DNA of 64,000 bases from Candidatus Hermodarchaeota archaeon. GTDB lineage: Archaea; Asgardarchaeota; Lokiarchaeia; Sigyniarchaeales; SOKP01. Below are positions 48,508-58,206 of the stretch, piece after piece. Positions within the stretch are counted from its first letter, which is position 1; each line of letters opens with the position of its first letter. The stretch covers positions 74,851-138,850 of the forward strand of contig JBHLLP010000003.1 in assembly GCA_048885525.1 (NCBI GenBank). The letters run 5' to 3'. The translations under genes were made by a program, and so were the position numbers. The notes below the pieces were generated by a model that was not told the origin of the DNA, searched no databases, and was given only the letters and a program-made list of their open reading frames with translations.

Positions 48508-49199
48508 TAAGTCTTATATGTTAATTTATTTAGAAGAATATCTTCAAAGAAAATATGACGTTTTTCTACAATTTCATTTTTATAACCCAAATTATTAATT
48601 ATTCTATTTAATTCTAATAAGTTCGTCCTGCTTGATGTAATACAATAAATCTTACTTTTTTTCTCTAAATTTAGAAAAAGTTTTGCATCTTTAAGAAAAT
48701 TGATTAAAGTTTCGTTTCCTTTTACTCCACCTGCCCAACTATAATCAATGTTTTTTTTATAATCATCTTTATTTATTAATTCTGAGGATGGCAAATATGG
48801 GGGATTGAAAACAATAATATTAAAAGAATGCTTTAAATTTTCTGGAAAAGATGTAAATAAATCAGAATGTAAAAATGTTATTTCTTCATTGATCTGATTT
48901 GCTGTTTCGTTTAGTTGAGCACACCTTATAGCATCTTCCAAAATATCCGACGCATAAATTTTTGGATTAAATAAGGGATTTTGATTTTTGAGCAATTGAA
49001 AAAAAATAGCGATTATACCGGTTCCAGTTCCTAAATCTAAAATATATTTAATCTCACTTATCTCAATATCATTAAAATGAGTGTTAGTAATCACTTGTTT
49101 GAAATAATCAATTAGGAGATAACTATCATCAGAAGGAGCATATACATTTTGATAATCGCAACTTATTGTAGGGTCAGGTAAGGAAGGAATGGGCTTCAT
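48504..49199 (-). CDS. HemK2/N6AMT1-type protein-glutamine methyltransferase
   Basis: VYAPSDDSYLL, LDLGTGTG, FNPPYLP, SWAGG..G, FFEDI. Confidence 0.9.
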   Translation of the reverse strand: MKPIPSLPDPTISCDYQNVYAPSDDSYLLIDYFKQVITNTHFNDIEISEIKYILDLGTGTGIIAIFFQLLKNQNPLFNPKIYASDILEDAIRCAQLNETANQINEEITFLHSDLFTSFPENLKHSFNIIVFNPPYLPSSELINKDDYKKNIDYSWAGGVKGNETLINFLKDAKLFLNLEKKSKIYCITSSRTNLLELNRIINNLGYKNEIVEKRHIFFEDILLNKLTYKTY

Positions 49200-50062
49200 T
49201 TTTTATAAATTTTTTTTAAATTATAAAAAATTTTGCTAATTTTAATAAACTCTTCAATATTAAAGTTAAAAACTTTCTTATTCTCTAAATTATTTTTGAT
49301 TAAAATCATAAGAATTTCATCTTTTGTATACTGATTATCTTTTTGAGTGTTAAGAAAAAGACTGATAGCATTTGCAATGTTCTTATTCTTATATGGCATT
49401 ATTCCTGCAATGAATTTTAGAAAAAAAGTTTTACAATCCATATTTAAGAGGAAAGGATTTATATTCTCCTTAGGTTCTATTTTCATTAGAGATAACGTGA
49501 TATTTGGCATAGGGTAAAAACTATTTTTTGATATATCTGTTTTTAAAATAGGTTTCATAAATGCGTTGACACTAATACTGATCCGTGAGTAATTTTTATA
49601 AGTTTCATAGAGAAAAATTCTATTAGCAATAGTACTTTCAATTATTAATGTTCCTTTTGGCGGTTTTATTTTAAAAAATATTTTTTCTAATAATGGTCCG
49701 GTAATTGAATAAGGTATATTCGAAATGACTTTATTGTAAGTAGGTATTTCAATTTCAAGGATATCTCCATTTATAATTTCAATATTATTATAATTAGAGA
49801 ATTTATCTTTTAGGTATAAACAAAGACGACGATCTATTTCAATTCCATAGATTTTTTTACCATTTTTTGCTAGTTCTTCTGTTAATGCTCCTAATCCGGG
49901 TCCAATTTCTAAAATTACATCGTTTTGAGACACATCAGAAACTCGAATTATTTTCTTTATAACATTTTTATCAATTAAGAAATTTTGACCAAACTTTTTA
50001 TTTGGCTTTACCTCTAGTTGCTTCAAAATGAGTTGTACATCTCTTTTATTCATGAAACTCAT
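49196..50062 (-). CDS. rsmA: 16S rRNA adenine dimethyltransferase RsmA/KsgA/Dim1
   Basis: KKFGQNFLID, LEIGPGLGALT, IEID, SNIPYSIT. Confidence 0.95.
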   Translation of the reverse strand: MSFMNKRDVQLILKQLEVKPNKKFGQNFLIDKNVIKKIIRVSDVSQNDVILEIGPGLGALTEELAKNGKKIYGIEIDRRLCLYLKDKFSNYNNIEIINGDILEIEIPTYNKVISNIPYSITGPLLEKIFFKIKPPKGTLIIESTIANRIFLYETYKNYSRISISVNAFMKPILKTDISKNSFYPMPNITLSLMKIEPKENINPFLLNMDCKTFFLKFIAGIMPYKNKNIANAISLFLNTQKDNQYTKDEILMILIKNNLENKKVFNFNIEEFIKISKIFYNLKKIYKK

Positions 50063-50703
50063 TCATACTTTTGAGTTTTGCTAAAAAGGTAGTATTTTAC
50101 ATCTCTTTGAAGTTCTTTAATAATTCTCTGGGCGATTAATTTAGGAGGGTTAGAGATACTAGTTCTATCAGCAATATCTTGAAAAGTTCCGAACTTTTGT
50201 CTCTCTCTAGCCTCAAGAATTTCCCACATATGTTTTTGTCCTATACCTGGTAATAATTTTAGCGCATGCATTCTTGGTGTGATTGAGGTAGAATTATTAA
50301 AGAAATTTACGAATTCTGTTTCATATTTCAATACTTCCTTTTCGAGAATTGGCTGAATTAGAGCTTTGGATGTGCTAGTTAAATCGTTATAATCAATTTT
50401 TTTTAAAACATCTTTTAATTTATCCTCTAATAAGAATACTTCATATGTCTTTTGTTCTTGGACTACTATATTAGAGTTTTTATTCACTTTGACTTCATAG
50501 AGAACAAAATCTGGAAAAGTAAGAACTTGCGCTATTGGAGTTTTAGCCCAACTAGGTTTATCCTCTTCGGGGTGCCCATGTATTAATAAATCTAGGATTA
50601 CAACTTCCCGAAATTTCTTTATAAATTGCTTTTTCTTCTTCGGTCCATTTCGAAAACTTCTTCTGCGTGGAGGACCTCTGTATCGCTCTCTTCTTTCCAT
50701 CAT
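50059..50703 (-). CDS. DUF655 family putative RNA-binding protein
   Basis: FVNFFN...ITPRMHALKLLPGIGQKHMWEIL..R; conserved position between rpoF and rsmA. Confidence 0.88.
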   Translation of the reverse strand: MMERRERYRGPPRRRSFRNGPKKKKQFIKKFREVVILDLLIHGHPEEDKPSWAKTPIAQVLTFPDFVLYEVKVNKNSNIVVQEQKTYEVFLLEDKLKDVLKKIDYNDLTSTSKALIQPILEKEVLKYETEFVNFFNNSTSITPRMHALKLLPGIGQKHMWEILEARERQKFGTFQDIADRTSISNPPKLIAQRIIKELQRDVKYYLFSKTQKYE

Positions 50704-50869
50704 TACTATTTATTTTTTTTTTTACTTTTCCGATTACCATTTCAAAATTTTAATTTTAATGAACTACATAATTCGATGGGATTGTTCATTAGAAATATAG
50801 AGATTGAGACTTATAAATTCTTCGAATTTTAAAATCAAGAGTCTAAATTTTATAATTGGGAGAGCAAAT

Positions 50870-51235
50870 TTAAGATGTTTTTATATCCTCTATTTGATAT
50901 AATAGCTCTTGTAATTGTTCATCTGTTAAAGTTTTCCCAGTAAAACTTTTTTCTAGGATTATTCGTAATTCCACAACTGATTGCGGATCGATGTTAATAA
51001 TATTTATCGCGTAAATTTCCTCAATATCGTATTTATCCATTAATAATTTCTTTACTTTACTCGCTGTTTTTACGTCATATTTTGCAAATTTATTTACGTA
51101 ATTATATGTTATTTCTTGGAAATGAGACATTCCTTCATCACTATCAATCTCTAAAAGCTTTTCCTTCACGTTTTCCATTAATTCTTTTACTTCAGGTATA
51201 GAGACAGTTTTTTCATCTATTTTTCTTCCTGACAT
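50870..51235 (-). CDS. rpoF: DNA-directed RNA polymerase subunit F (Rpo4)
   Basis: VSIPEVKELM, Y..KFAK, AINIINI.P....ELR.IL; follows L21e. Confidence 0.9.
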   Translation of the reverse strand: MSGRKIDEKTVSIPEVKELMENVKEKLLEIDSDEGMSHFQEITYNYVNKFAKYDVKTASKVKKLLMDKYDIEEIYAINIINIDPQSVVELRIILEKSFTGKTLTDEQLQELLYQIEDIKTS

Positions 51236-51254
51236 AATTATTCATATATAAACT

Positions 51255-51566
51255 TTAGTTGGCATTAAATGAAATTGGATTTAACCTTAAATGTTCTTTT
51301 CCAATAATTAAAGTCTTTTTAGAATTACCTAATTTTACTTCGACTAAATAACAGCGACCTCTTTGACCTATTATTGTTCCAGTACGTCCATGATATCTAG
51401 AATGAGGCATTCCCCGTTTATGTTGGGAAGGATCTGTAATTATATCTACTTTATCATCTAGATTATAATCTATCAAATATTTTTCAACAGAACCCAATCC
51501 TCTTTTCCGGACATTTTTTCTGTGTTTATGCCGAGTTTTAGTTCTAAAACCACGATGCTTGGTCAT
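51255..51566 (-). CDS. rpl21e: 50S ribosomal protein L21e
   Basis: GFRTKTRHK, GMPHSRYHGRTG, KEHLR. Confidence 0.95.
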   Translation of the reverse strand: MTKHRGFRTKTRHKHRKNVRKRGLGSVEKYLIDYNLDDKVDIITDPSQHKRGMPHSRYHGRTGTIIGQRGRCYLVEVKLGNSKKTLIIGKEHLRLNPISFNAN

Positions 51567-51685
51567 GAGGTTTTTTCACCTTAAAAATTAATCTAATGAA
51601 AATAATTCTATTGATTTAGTAGAATTATTTATGATAACTTATTTATTTTTTGATTTTAACCTAAGAAAAACAAATGATTTCATTA

Positions 51686-53050
51686 TTAAAGGGAAATTTC
51701 AAGCACATTCAATTCTTTACATACTAATTTGTTTTCAAAAATCTCTGAAAAAGAAGGAGCTGTCCGACCTTCATCTCCACTAATAAGTTCTTTTATATAT
51801 GTTCCCCCTTGAGTTTCTATAATAAATTCGAAGATATTTGGTTTAATATATTTGCCATCTATGCTGTAAATTATTTTTTTTCTAATTTTATCAGCACGTC
51901 GATGAGATACTCGATAGGGGGTTCTCTGATGAATTTCTTGATTTTCTAAAGATTTCTTCAATTCTACTACTTTTTGGTTAAATTGTTCTTTATCAATTTT
52001 ATTTTTAGCTGTTACAAGAGCCTTATAAACTTTTTTTGTATTTTTTGCTTCAGATTTTAATCTAATTATTTCCTTCTTTCTACTGTATTTCAAATTAGTA
52101 ATTCTTATCTTTTTTTTATTATTTCTATTAATTTTCCTTTCTATCTTCTTTAAATCAAGATTTCTAATTTTAGGGTTTCGTAATTCAAGAATAAAAGGTC
52201 TTCCTGAGCCTAACATCTTTACATCAATGTCTTCTCTTCCAGCACCATGGAATTTTGAATCACTTGCTTTTGATTCATTAATAAACTGAGGACTTATTAA
52301 ATCCTCCACACTTATTAGATATTGCTTTCCAGTATAATTGCATGATTCACAACCTTTTCCCATACATTTCTTACAATGCCAGTGGGTTTGTGGAATTCCT
52401 CTTATCAGCTTATTATATCTCCCATAAATATAAAGCGATTGTAAAATTAACTCAATATGAAAAGAGTCATAATCTAAAGATATTATTAATAATACTTCAG
52501 GATTACTAAATTCAGGAGGTTTATTGAGATTTTTAGAGAGCTCTTTTCCTAATACACGATTAAAATGACTTTTAAAGGATTCTGCTTCTAAAAGATGAAA
52601 CTCGGTTTTAAATTTATCTTCTTGATTAATAATCAAACTATTGGGACTTGAACCTATTAAAAAGTTATTGAATTCAATTCCTTCAAGAAGTTGAATTGAC
52701 TTTTTTGAATATTTTTGAATAACTGAAAAAATGTTATGGCATAAAAAGCAGATTTGATTTGAATCTTTCTTAACATAATTTAAACCTTCATTAGTTAAGA
52801 CTTTTTGACTTGGAGGATAAATAGCGTTTTCAGCTAATAATCTCAAATTAATTATTGCCTCTTTTTGAAGAATACTATCTCCAGATAAGAAATTCCTATG
52901 ATTTTCCATAGTTAAAGAGAGTAACAATGAATTACCTCTATCATAGTTTGTTGTATTTGATCCTAAAAGAGAAAACATTCTACCAAGACAATGAATGCAG
53001 ATATAATATTTCTGATAAATTTCTAGAACTTTGTCAAAAATCATGCTCAC
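51686..53050 (-). CDS. pus10: tRNA pseudouridine(54/55) synthase Pus10
   Basis: CIHCLGR, GRYNKLIRGIPQT, HGAGREDIDVKMLGSGRPF, QRTPYRVSHRRAD, GGTYIKELISGD. Confidence 0.95.
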   Translation of the reverse strand: MSMIFDKVLEIYQKYYICIHCLGRMFSLLGSNTTNYDRGNSLLLSLTMENHRNFLSGDSILQKEAIINLRLLAENAIYPPSQKVLTNEGLNYVKKDSNQICFLCHNIFSVIQKYSKKSIQLLEGIEFNNFLIGSSPNSLIINQEDKFKTEFHLLEAESFKSHFNRVLGKELSKNLNKPPEFSNPEVLLIISLDYDSFHIELILQSLYIYGRYNKLIRGIPQTHWHCKKCMGKGCESCNYTGKQYLISVEDLISPQFINESKASDSKFHGAGREDIDVKMLGSGRPFILELRNPKIRNLDLKKIERKINRNNKKKIRITNLKYSRKKEIIRLKSEAKNTKKVYKALVTAKNKIDKEQFNQKVVELKKSLENQEIHQRTPYRVSHRRADKIRKKIIYSIDGKYIKPNIFEFIIETQGGTYIKELISGDEGRTAPSFSEIFENKLVCKELNVLEISL

Positions 53051-53195
53051 TTAAAATAAGTAAATAATTACTTATTGCTTTTATCAAGAAAAGAAATTGT
53101 AGTAAAAAAATTTTAAAATTAAAATTTATTTTTCTATATAATTTTTATTTAATATTTTTGATTTTTAGCGAAAAATAAAAGAAAGAGAGTTTTAC

Positions 53196-53438
53196 ATGGC
53201 AAAAAAGAAGAGTATGGTAAGAGGATACGTAAAGTGGTTTGACAATAAAAAAGGCTATGGATTCATTAGTGTTGCTAATCAAGATGATGTTTTTGTTCAT
53301 TTTTCAAATATTGATATGGAAGGATTTAGAAAACTCGATATGGGAGACGAGGTAGAATTTGAGTTAAAAGATTCTAATGAAGGAAAAGGTCCTGAAGCAT
53401 TAAAAGTAAAGGTTGTTTCGAAAGACAGAAGATATTAA
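53196..53438 (+). CDS. Cold-shock domain protein (CspA family)
   Basis: GYVKWFDNKKGYGFI (RNP1), DVFVHFS (RNP2), KGPEA. Confidence 0.93.
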   Translation: MAKKKSMVRGYVKWFDNKKGYGFISVANQDDVFVHFSNIDMEGFRKLDMGDEVEFELKDSNEGKGPEALKVKVVSKDRRY

Positions 53439-53512
53439 TTTTCTCATAAAGATCTTTAGTTATATTTTTACATCTCTTTTTATTTTATATCAAATAAATT
53501 TTAGGAATGTAG

Positions 53513-54559
53513 CTAATTGTTGAGAGGAAGTTTTATTTCAAATTGACAAATATCATCACCCTTTAAAAGGGATTTTAAGATATTAATTTGAACTGGTTTT
53601 TCTAATATACCCTCCCAATATTGGCGATACCACCCTGTACTACAATTACAAAAAGTAGGAGAGATACCTTTATCTAAATTTTCATTGATAAAACGACAGT
53701 GACAATAATTTTTTTTCTTTTCTTCCGGATTATTAGCTTTTTCATATCCTTCTGGATTTACCGGAATCTTACTTACATATATGTTATTACCTTTTCTTAC
53801 TGGATTTTCATACCAAGCGTAATCTTTATTCATTTCTTTTATAACAGCATCAATATTGCCATTTTTTCTATAAATTCCCTTAAGAAAATCAATGCGTTTT
53901 TGAGAGAATTCATGTGCGCAACATGATAGTATTTCATACTTCTCATCTTCATCGGCATGCTTATCAATTCTGTTTAAGGTATCTTTAAGCCATTCTAATC
54001 GATCTTCACCAGAAGATTCTAATGTGAATAACTTATCTCTATTAATCATGATTTCATTTCTAACTTTCTTACCTAACACCCTATCAAGACTTTTTTTTAA
54101 TCTATCATCCCATTTATGTAATTGGTATTGAATTTCTATTTCATTTTCTTCTGGTTTTTTTTCATTATATTGATGGTAGATCAGTCTTAACCAACTTGTC
54201 CCAGAAATTAAATGCTCTTGTAAATAATTAGATATTTTTTGGAAGGTTTTACTAAGAGTGTCGAGTGTACCGTGATGAGTTATAGATAACACTTCAATAG
54301 CTTCAAGAGATTTTGTTTTAAAATTATTAATTTTCTTCTGATCTTTAAGTTGGAAGCATAAATCTATATCTTTTCCTCCTTCGCTATATACACCATAATC
54401 AATAACAGCGATAGCTGGTCCAAAGATATAATCTTTACATATTTGGTATAACTCATCAATTTTGGGAGCAATATCTTTTATTTCTCCTCGAAAATTAAGG
54501 TAAACACCAAAGATTTTTTCTATTTTTTTATAAGATATTCCTAATTCTTGAAGAGACAT
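53513..54559 (-). CDS. GyrI-like effector-binding domain fused to a Cys-rich DUF6144/V4R-like domain
   Basis: N-half: VLSITHHG...EIEIQY. C-half: CCAH, YCHC, FCNCSTGW, SLLKGDDICQF. Confidence 0.7.
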   Translation of the reverse strand: MSLQELGISYKKIEKIFGVYLNFRGEIKDIAPKIDELYQICKDYIFGPAIAVIDYGVYSEGGKDIDLCFQLKDQKKINNFKTKSLEAIEVLSITHHGTLDTLSKTFQKISNYLQEHLISGTSWLRLIYHQYNEKKPEENEIEIQYQLHKWDDRLKKSLDRVLGKKVRNEIMINRDKLFTLESSGEDRLEWLKDTLNRIDKHADEDEKYEILSCCAHEFSQKRIDFLKGIYRKNGNIDAVIKEMNKDYAWYENPVRKGNNIYVSKIPVNPEGYEKANNPEEKKKNYCHCRFINENLDKGISPTFCNCSTGWYRQYWEGILEKPVQINILKSLLKGDDICQFEIKLPLNN

Positions 54560-54726
54560 TTTTTATAGTGTTTACTAAACTTCTTCAATATTATGATCAC
54601 CATAAAAAATCTTATTTTAGATTTATTTTATTAAAAAGTATTTGATGAAATATACGGAATTATCTTAATATTTAATATTATTGTGAGAATTTAAAAAATG
54701 AAAAAAAATTATTAATATATTTATGT

Positions 54727-56094
54727 TTATTTTTTCTCCCATTCAAAATCTAATAAGACATATTTTTTTGTATAGAAGTAAGATACAAGTAAAACAACTG
54801 AAACAATCGGACCAAATAGAACTAAACCCATAGAAAATTCTAAACCTAAACCCCCTGTAGGATTAACATCTGGTAATGACAAAATAGAACCTATTAAAAA
54901 TGCACCTGCAGCTTGAAAGATATTGAGAATAATAGAAGGAAATCCTGCGTATATTCCTGCTTTTAATTCTCCTGTAGATTTTTCATCATCCTCAGCAATA
55001 TCAGCATAAACTATATAAGGAAATAAGAACCACCCTCCAAGAATTGCACCAATCCCCATTATAAAAATTATGCCCAATATTAGGTATGAGTCCATTGGAA
55101 TTAACCCTAATAAAGAAATAGGCATAAAAGCTACTGCTGCAATAAAGACATATAATAATGTATTTTTTTTTCCCCTTTTTTGTATTAGTCTTCTCCATAA
55201 ATAAAGAAATATGAAGATACTTAGAAGAAGGACAACAGCTGATATTATATAATCTACAGTACTCATATGTAACGCATCTTGAAGATATTTCAACATAGTT
55301 GTGGTTATCATAGACCAACCTAAACCTGATATACCAATCATGAGGACAACCAACATAAAATTCTTATTTTTCACAATAATCTTTAAATTTTCTAGTAAGT
55401 TAGATTTAATCTTATATTTAGGTTCAGTTGGCATCTTAAAAGCAATGGAATAAAACAAGACAATCGTTAAAATACCAAAAGTAATGATAGAAAGACTTAT
55501 ACTTAATGGAATCGGAATATTTAGATCTACTGCTGCGTCTAAGTCTGTAATATAACTAGTAAGAACAATCATTGAAAAAAGAGCCATTATCCCATTTCCG
55601 ATATAATTAAAAGTATTTTGAAATTGAGAAACTTTTGGTCGTTCTTCTATAGGGAATTCTTCTGCCATCCAAGCTTGATAAGGAGTTGTAACTGCATAAC
55701 TAGCTCTAAAAATAATTTTCCATATTAACATCCATATAAACAATGTTCCTTTATCGTTTAAATCAAGGACCAATCCAGGGAGTAGTAAGAAAATAATCGA
55801 AATTCCTAATAGAGGTGCAAAAACTAAAATATAAGGTTTTCGCCTTCCCAATCTCGTATATTTTGCATCACTAATCCATCCTAATAAAAATTGAGAGAGA
55901 GCAATTGTTAAATAACCTATTGCAATAGCAAATCCAACGAGAAACGGTTCTAATCCATAACCACTTGTATAGAGGGTAAGGAGTGCCCATCCTTCTATAC
56001 CTAACAAAATAGATGTGCCTAATCTAGGGGCTGCAAAGAGTACTTTCTTACCACTACTTGTTTGATCTCTTATAATTTCCTCAGATTCACTCAT
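54727..56094 (-). CDS. MFS transporter, GPH/MelB-like
   Basis: GWISD..YTRLGRRKPYI, PYQAWMAE, ADIAEDDE..TG...AGIY. Confidence 0.9.
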   Translation of the reverse strand: MSESEEIIRDQTSSGKKVLFAAPRLGTSILLGIEGWALLTLYTSGYGLEPFLVGFAIAIGYLTIALSQFLLGWISDAKYTRLGRRKPYILVFAPLLGISIIFLLLPGLVLDLNDKGTLFIWMLIWKIIFRASYAVTTPYQAWMAEEFPIEERPKVSQFQNTFNYIGNGIMALFSMIVLTSYITDLDAAVDLNIPIPLSISLSIITFGILTIVLFYSIAFKMPTEPKYKIKSNLLENLKIIVKNKNFMLVVLMIGISGLGWSMITTTMLKYLQDALHMSTVDYIISAVVLLLSIFIFLYLWRRLIQKRGKKNTLLYVFIAAVAFMPISLLGLIPMDSYLILGIIFIMGIGAILGGWFLFPYIVYADIAEDDEKSTGELKAGIYAGFPSIILNIFQAAGAFLIGSILSLPDVNPTGGLGLEFSMGLVLFGPIVSVVLLVSYFYTKKYVLLDFEWEKK

Positions 56095-56285
56095 TTGATT
56101 TCACATATTTTTATGATTTAATAATTTTTATTTAGAAAATTAATTAAGTATAAATTGGAGAAGAATTTATTTAAAAGTTTATTAAATTTCAAAAAATGTA
56201 GCATTAGATTACATAAAAATAGGATAAATACCTTAAATCCTTGAAGAAAAGTGAAAATTATTCTAAATTAGAATTAAAATATTGA

Positions 56286-57272
56286 CTAATCTTCCTCTTG
56301 ATCCCATCCAAGATCTTTTAAAACAGAGCCTAAAGCTTCAGATTCTTCTTCAAGTACAAATTCAGTATCATATTCTGAAGCAGAAATTTCTGAATCGAAA
56401 TCTGGGGGTGTTAATTCTTCAAATGATGGTAATTTATCGAGAGATGGCAATTTTTTAGGTATTTTGGGTTCTTCTGAAACAATTGTAGGCTCTTCTGAAA
56501 TGGGTTCTTCATCAATCTCCATAGGTGTATAATCATCAAGTGGAATTGGCGGTACTTCATCTTCATAAACTTTGAATAGGGTTTCGGAAGTTTTACTTTC
56601 TATTATTTGAGTTTTAGAAAGTTCAGCTGTTTCTTTTATTTCCTTATCTATCTCTAATCCGATTGATTGTGGAATCGACACAATACCCGTATCAATTCCG
56701 GCCTCAATTTCTTCGAATTCTTCACCTTCCTTCTCCCAATCATCCAAAAATCCTAATAAATCATCTAGAGCCGCTTTATCTTGTTCAAGTGAAGGTTTGA
56801 TTATAGGTTTTACTTCTTCTTCCACTTTCTGGTGTTCAATCTTTGCTATTTCTGATTCCTCAAGTGAAAGCATCATCTTTGTTTCTTGATCCGCAGAAAT
56901 GAGTTTATTCAATTTTTTTGCTAATTCTCTTAAATAACCTAAATAGTATCCGATCCTATAAATTGCCCTTAATCCTCCAAATACAATATACTCATCATTA
57001 ATTGCCACTAAAATACTATAACCTGATGTATTGTGTAAAATAATTTCTGTCAAAGCACCATGAGCAGTTGCTTGGTTTAATCTTAACCCTAAATCTATTA
57101 AAGCAGTACTAGAAGCAGAAGTGGCATCAGCATCTAATTCTGAAGTAGTTGAGCTTGCTACTTTCATTCCAACCCGGGATAAAACAGCAAGATTTTCTAA
57201 ATCGGTTTTGTTTTCTTCATCCTTTAAAACAAACATCATTTTTTTACGGATATCTTCCTCAATTGTTGACAT
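56286..57272 (-). CDS. Roadblock/LC7 domain protein with a long acidic C-terminal tail
   Basis: AVLSRVGMKVASS...DAD..SA....L..LG.R.......G.L.EIIL....GY.IL..I Roadblock pattern in aa 1-125, followed by ~200 aa rich in E/D/P/S. Confidence 0.8.
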   Translation of the reverse strand: MSTIEEDIRKKMMFVLKDEENKTDLENLAVLSRVGMKVASSTTSELDADATSASSTALIDLGLRLNQATAHGALTEIILHNTSGYSILVAINDEYIVFGGLRAIYRIGYYLGYLRELAKKLNKLISADQETKMMLSLEESEIAKIEHQKVEEEVKPIIKPSLEQDKAALDDLLGFLDDWEKEGEEFEEIEAGIDTGIVSIPQSIGLEIDKEIKETAELSKTQIIESKTSETLFKVYEDEVPPIPLDDYTPMEIDEEPISEEPTIVSEEPKIPKKLPSLDKLPSFEELTPPDFDSEISASEYDTEFVLEEESEALGSVLKDLGWDQEED

Positions 57273-57371
57273 TTACTTCCACTCCTTAATATAATATAGG
57301 ATTGAACACGATTATTTAATTTCGATTTATGTATAAATAGAAAGACTATTTTAATATATTTTATTATTACT

Positions 57372-58082
57372 TCATTTCAGAAATTTCATTAAATTCATTT
57401 GAGTTGGCAATGTTTTTTCAAATTTCTCGAAGGTATAACCCGATAATTGTGTTATTTGTTCCCTCATTTCATTGATAACATCTTCGGGGGATAAATTTTC
57501 TGTACTGATCATTAAAACTCCCTCTTTAGATGAAAGAAATTGTTTGTAATAAGATATAATAGTTATTAGATACTCTTTATCTACTTCATTCCATTCCTTT
57601 CTTATTTTTTCTAAAGAACCTCTTTGAATTATGCGTTTAATGATTGTATTTGGTTCCGCATATAAATAAAAAATGTAATCCTCTTTCCATTGAATAGAGT
57701 TATATGTGTCTAGTATTAGATTAAAATCCTTTTCTTTTAAATTCAGACTCTTAGAATATATTAAGACACATAAAGGAGTTCTATCTAAAATAATTATTCT
57801 ACCGTTGTATTTATTATCAAAATTTACAATATTTTGATTACGCCTGATAAGTTGTTGAAGAAAATGAAGTTCGCTTCTAAATCCTATTTGTTTATTTGAA
57901 GACCCAAAGGGCCAGGGAGGCTTTTTTACATATCTTTCTGGAAAAAATTTAAATTTATTATTATCTTTCACTTTCGATTTGAAAAGATTGAAAACTGTTG
58001 TTTTTCCTACTCCGTGCACACCTGCAATAGAAATTACTATGTTATCTTTAGAGCCTTTGTTTCTATAGATAGTTTTACTCAA
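57372..58082 (-). CDS. Deoxynucleoside kinase / thymidylate kinase-fold P-loop kinase with a C-terminal PIP box
   Basis: ISIAGVHGVGKTT, ELHFL, IILDRT, FYLYAEP..I.KRI.QRG, EYL; ends QMNLMKFLK. Confidence 0.8.
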   Translation of the reverse strand: MSKTIYRNKGSKDNIVISIAGVHGVGKTTVFNLFKSKVKDNNKFKFFPERYVKKPPWPFGSSNKQIGFRSELHFLQQLIRRNQNIVNFDNKYNGRIIILDRTPLCVLIYSKSLNLKEKDFNLILDTYNSIQWKEDYIFYLYAEPNTIIKRIIQRGSLEKIRKEWNEVDKEYLITIISYYKQFLSSKEGVLMISTENLSPEDVINEMREQITQLSGYTFEKFEKTLPTQMNLMKFLK

Positions 58083-58206
58083 TATATTTTACTCCTAATC
58101 AATAATATTAAATCGTAATAACGAAACTATGCTTTAAAATAAATACATCTAGACATTATTGATTTTTTTTGTTATTAAAATTTTATATTTGGGGGGTAAT
58201 GATATG

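Noticed and set aside
50625-50703. NLS-like PKKKK and Arg-rich N-terminus of DUF655, and the poly-Lys end of Rpo1C
   Set aside because: Lys runs are expected from A-rich codons in an AT-rich genome and in RNA-binding proteins; there is no basis for a targeting function.
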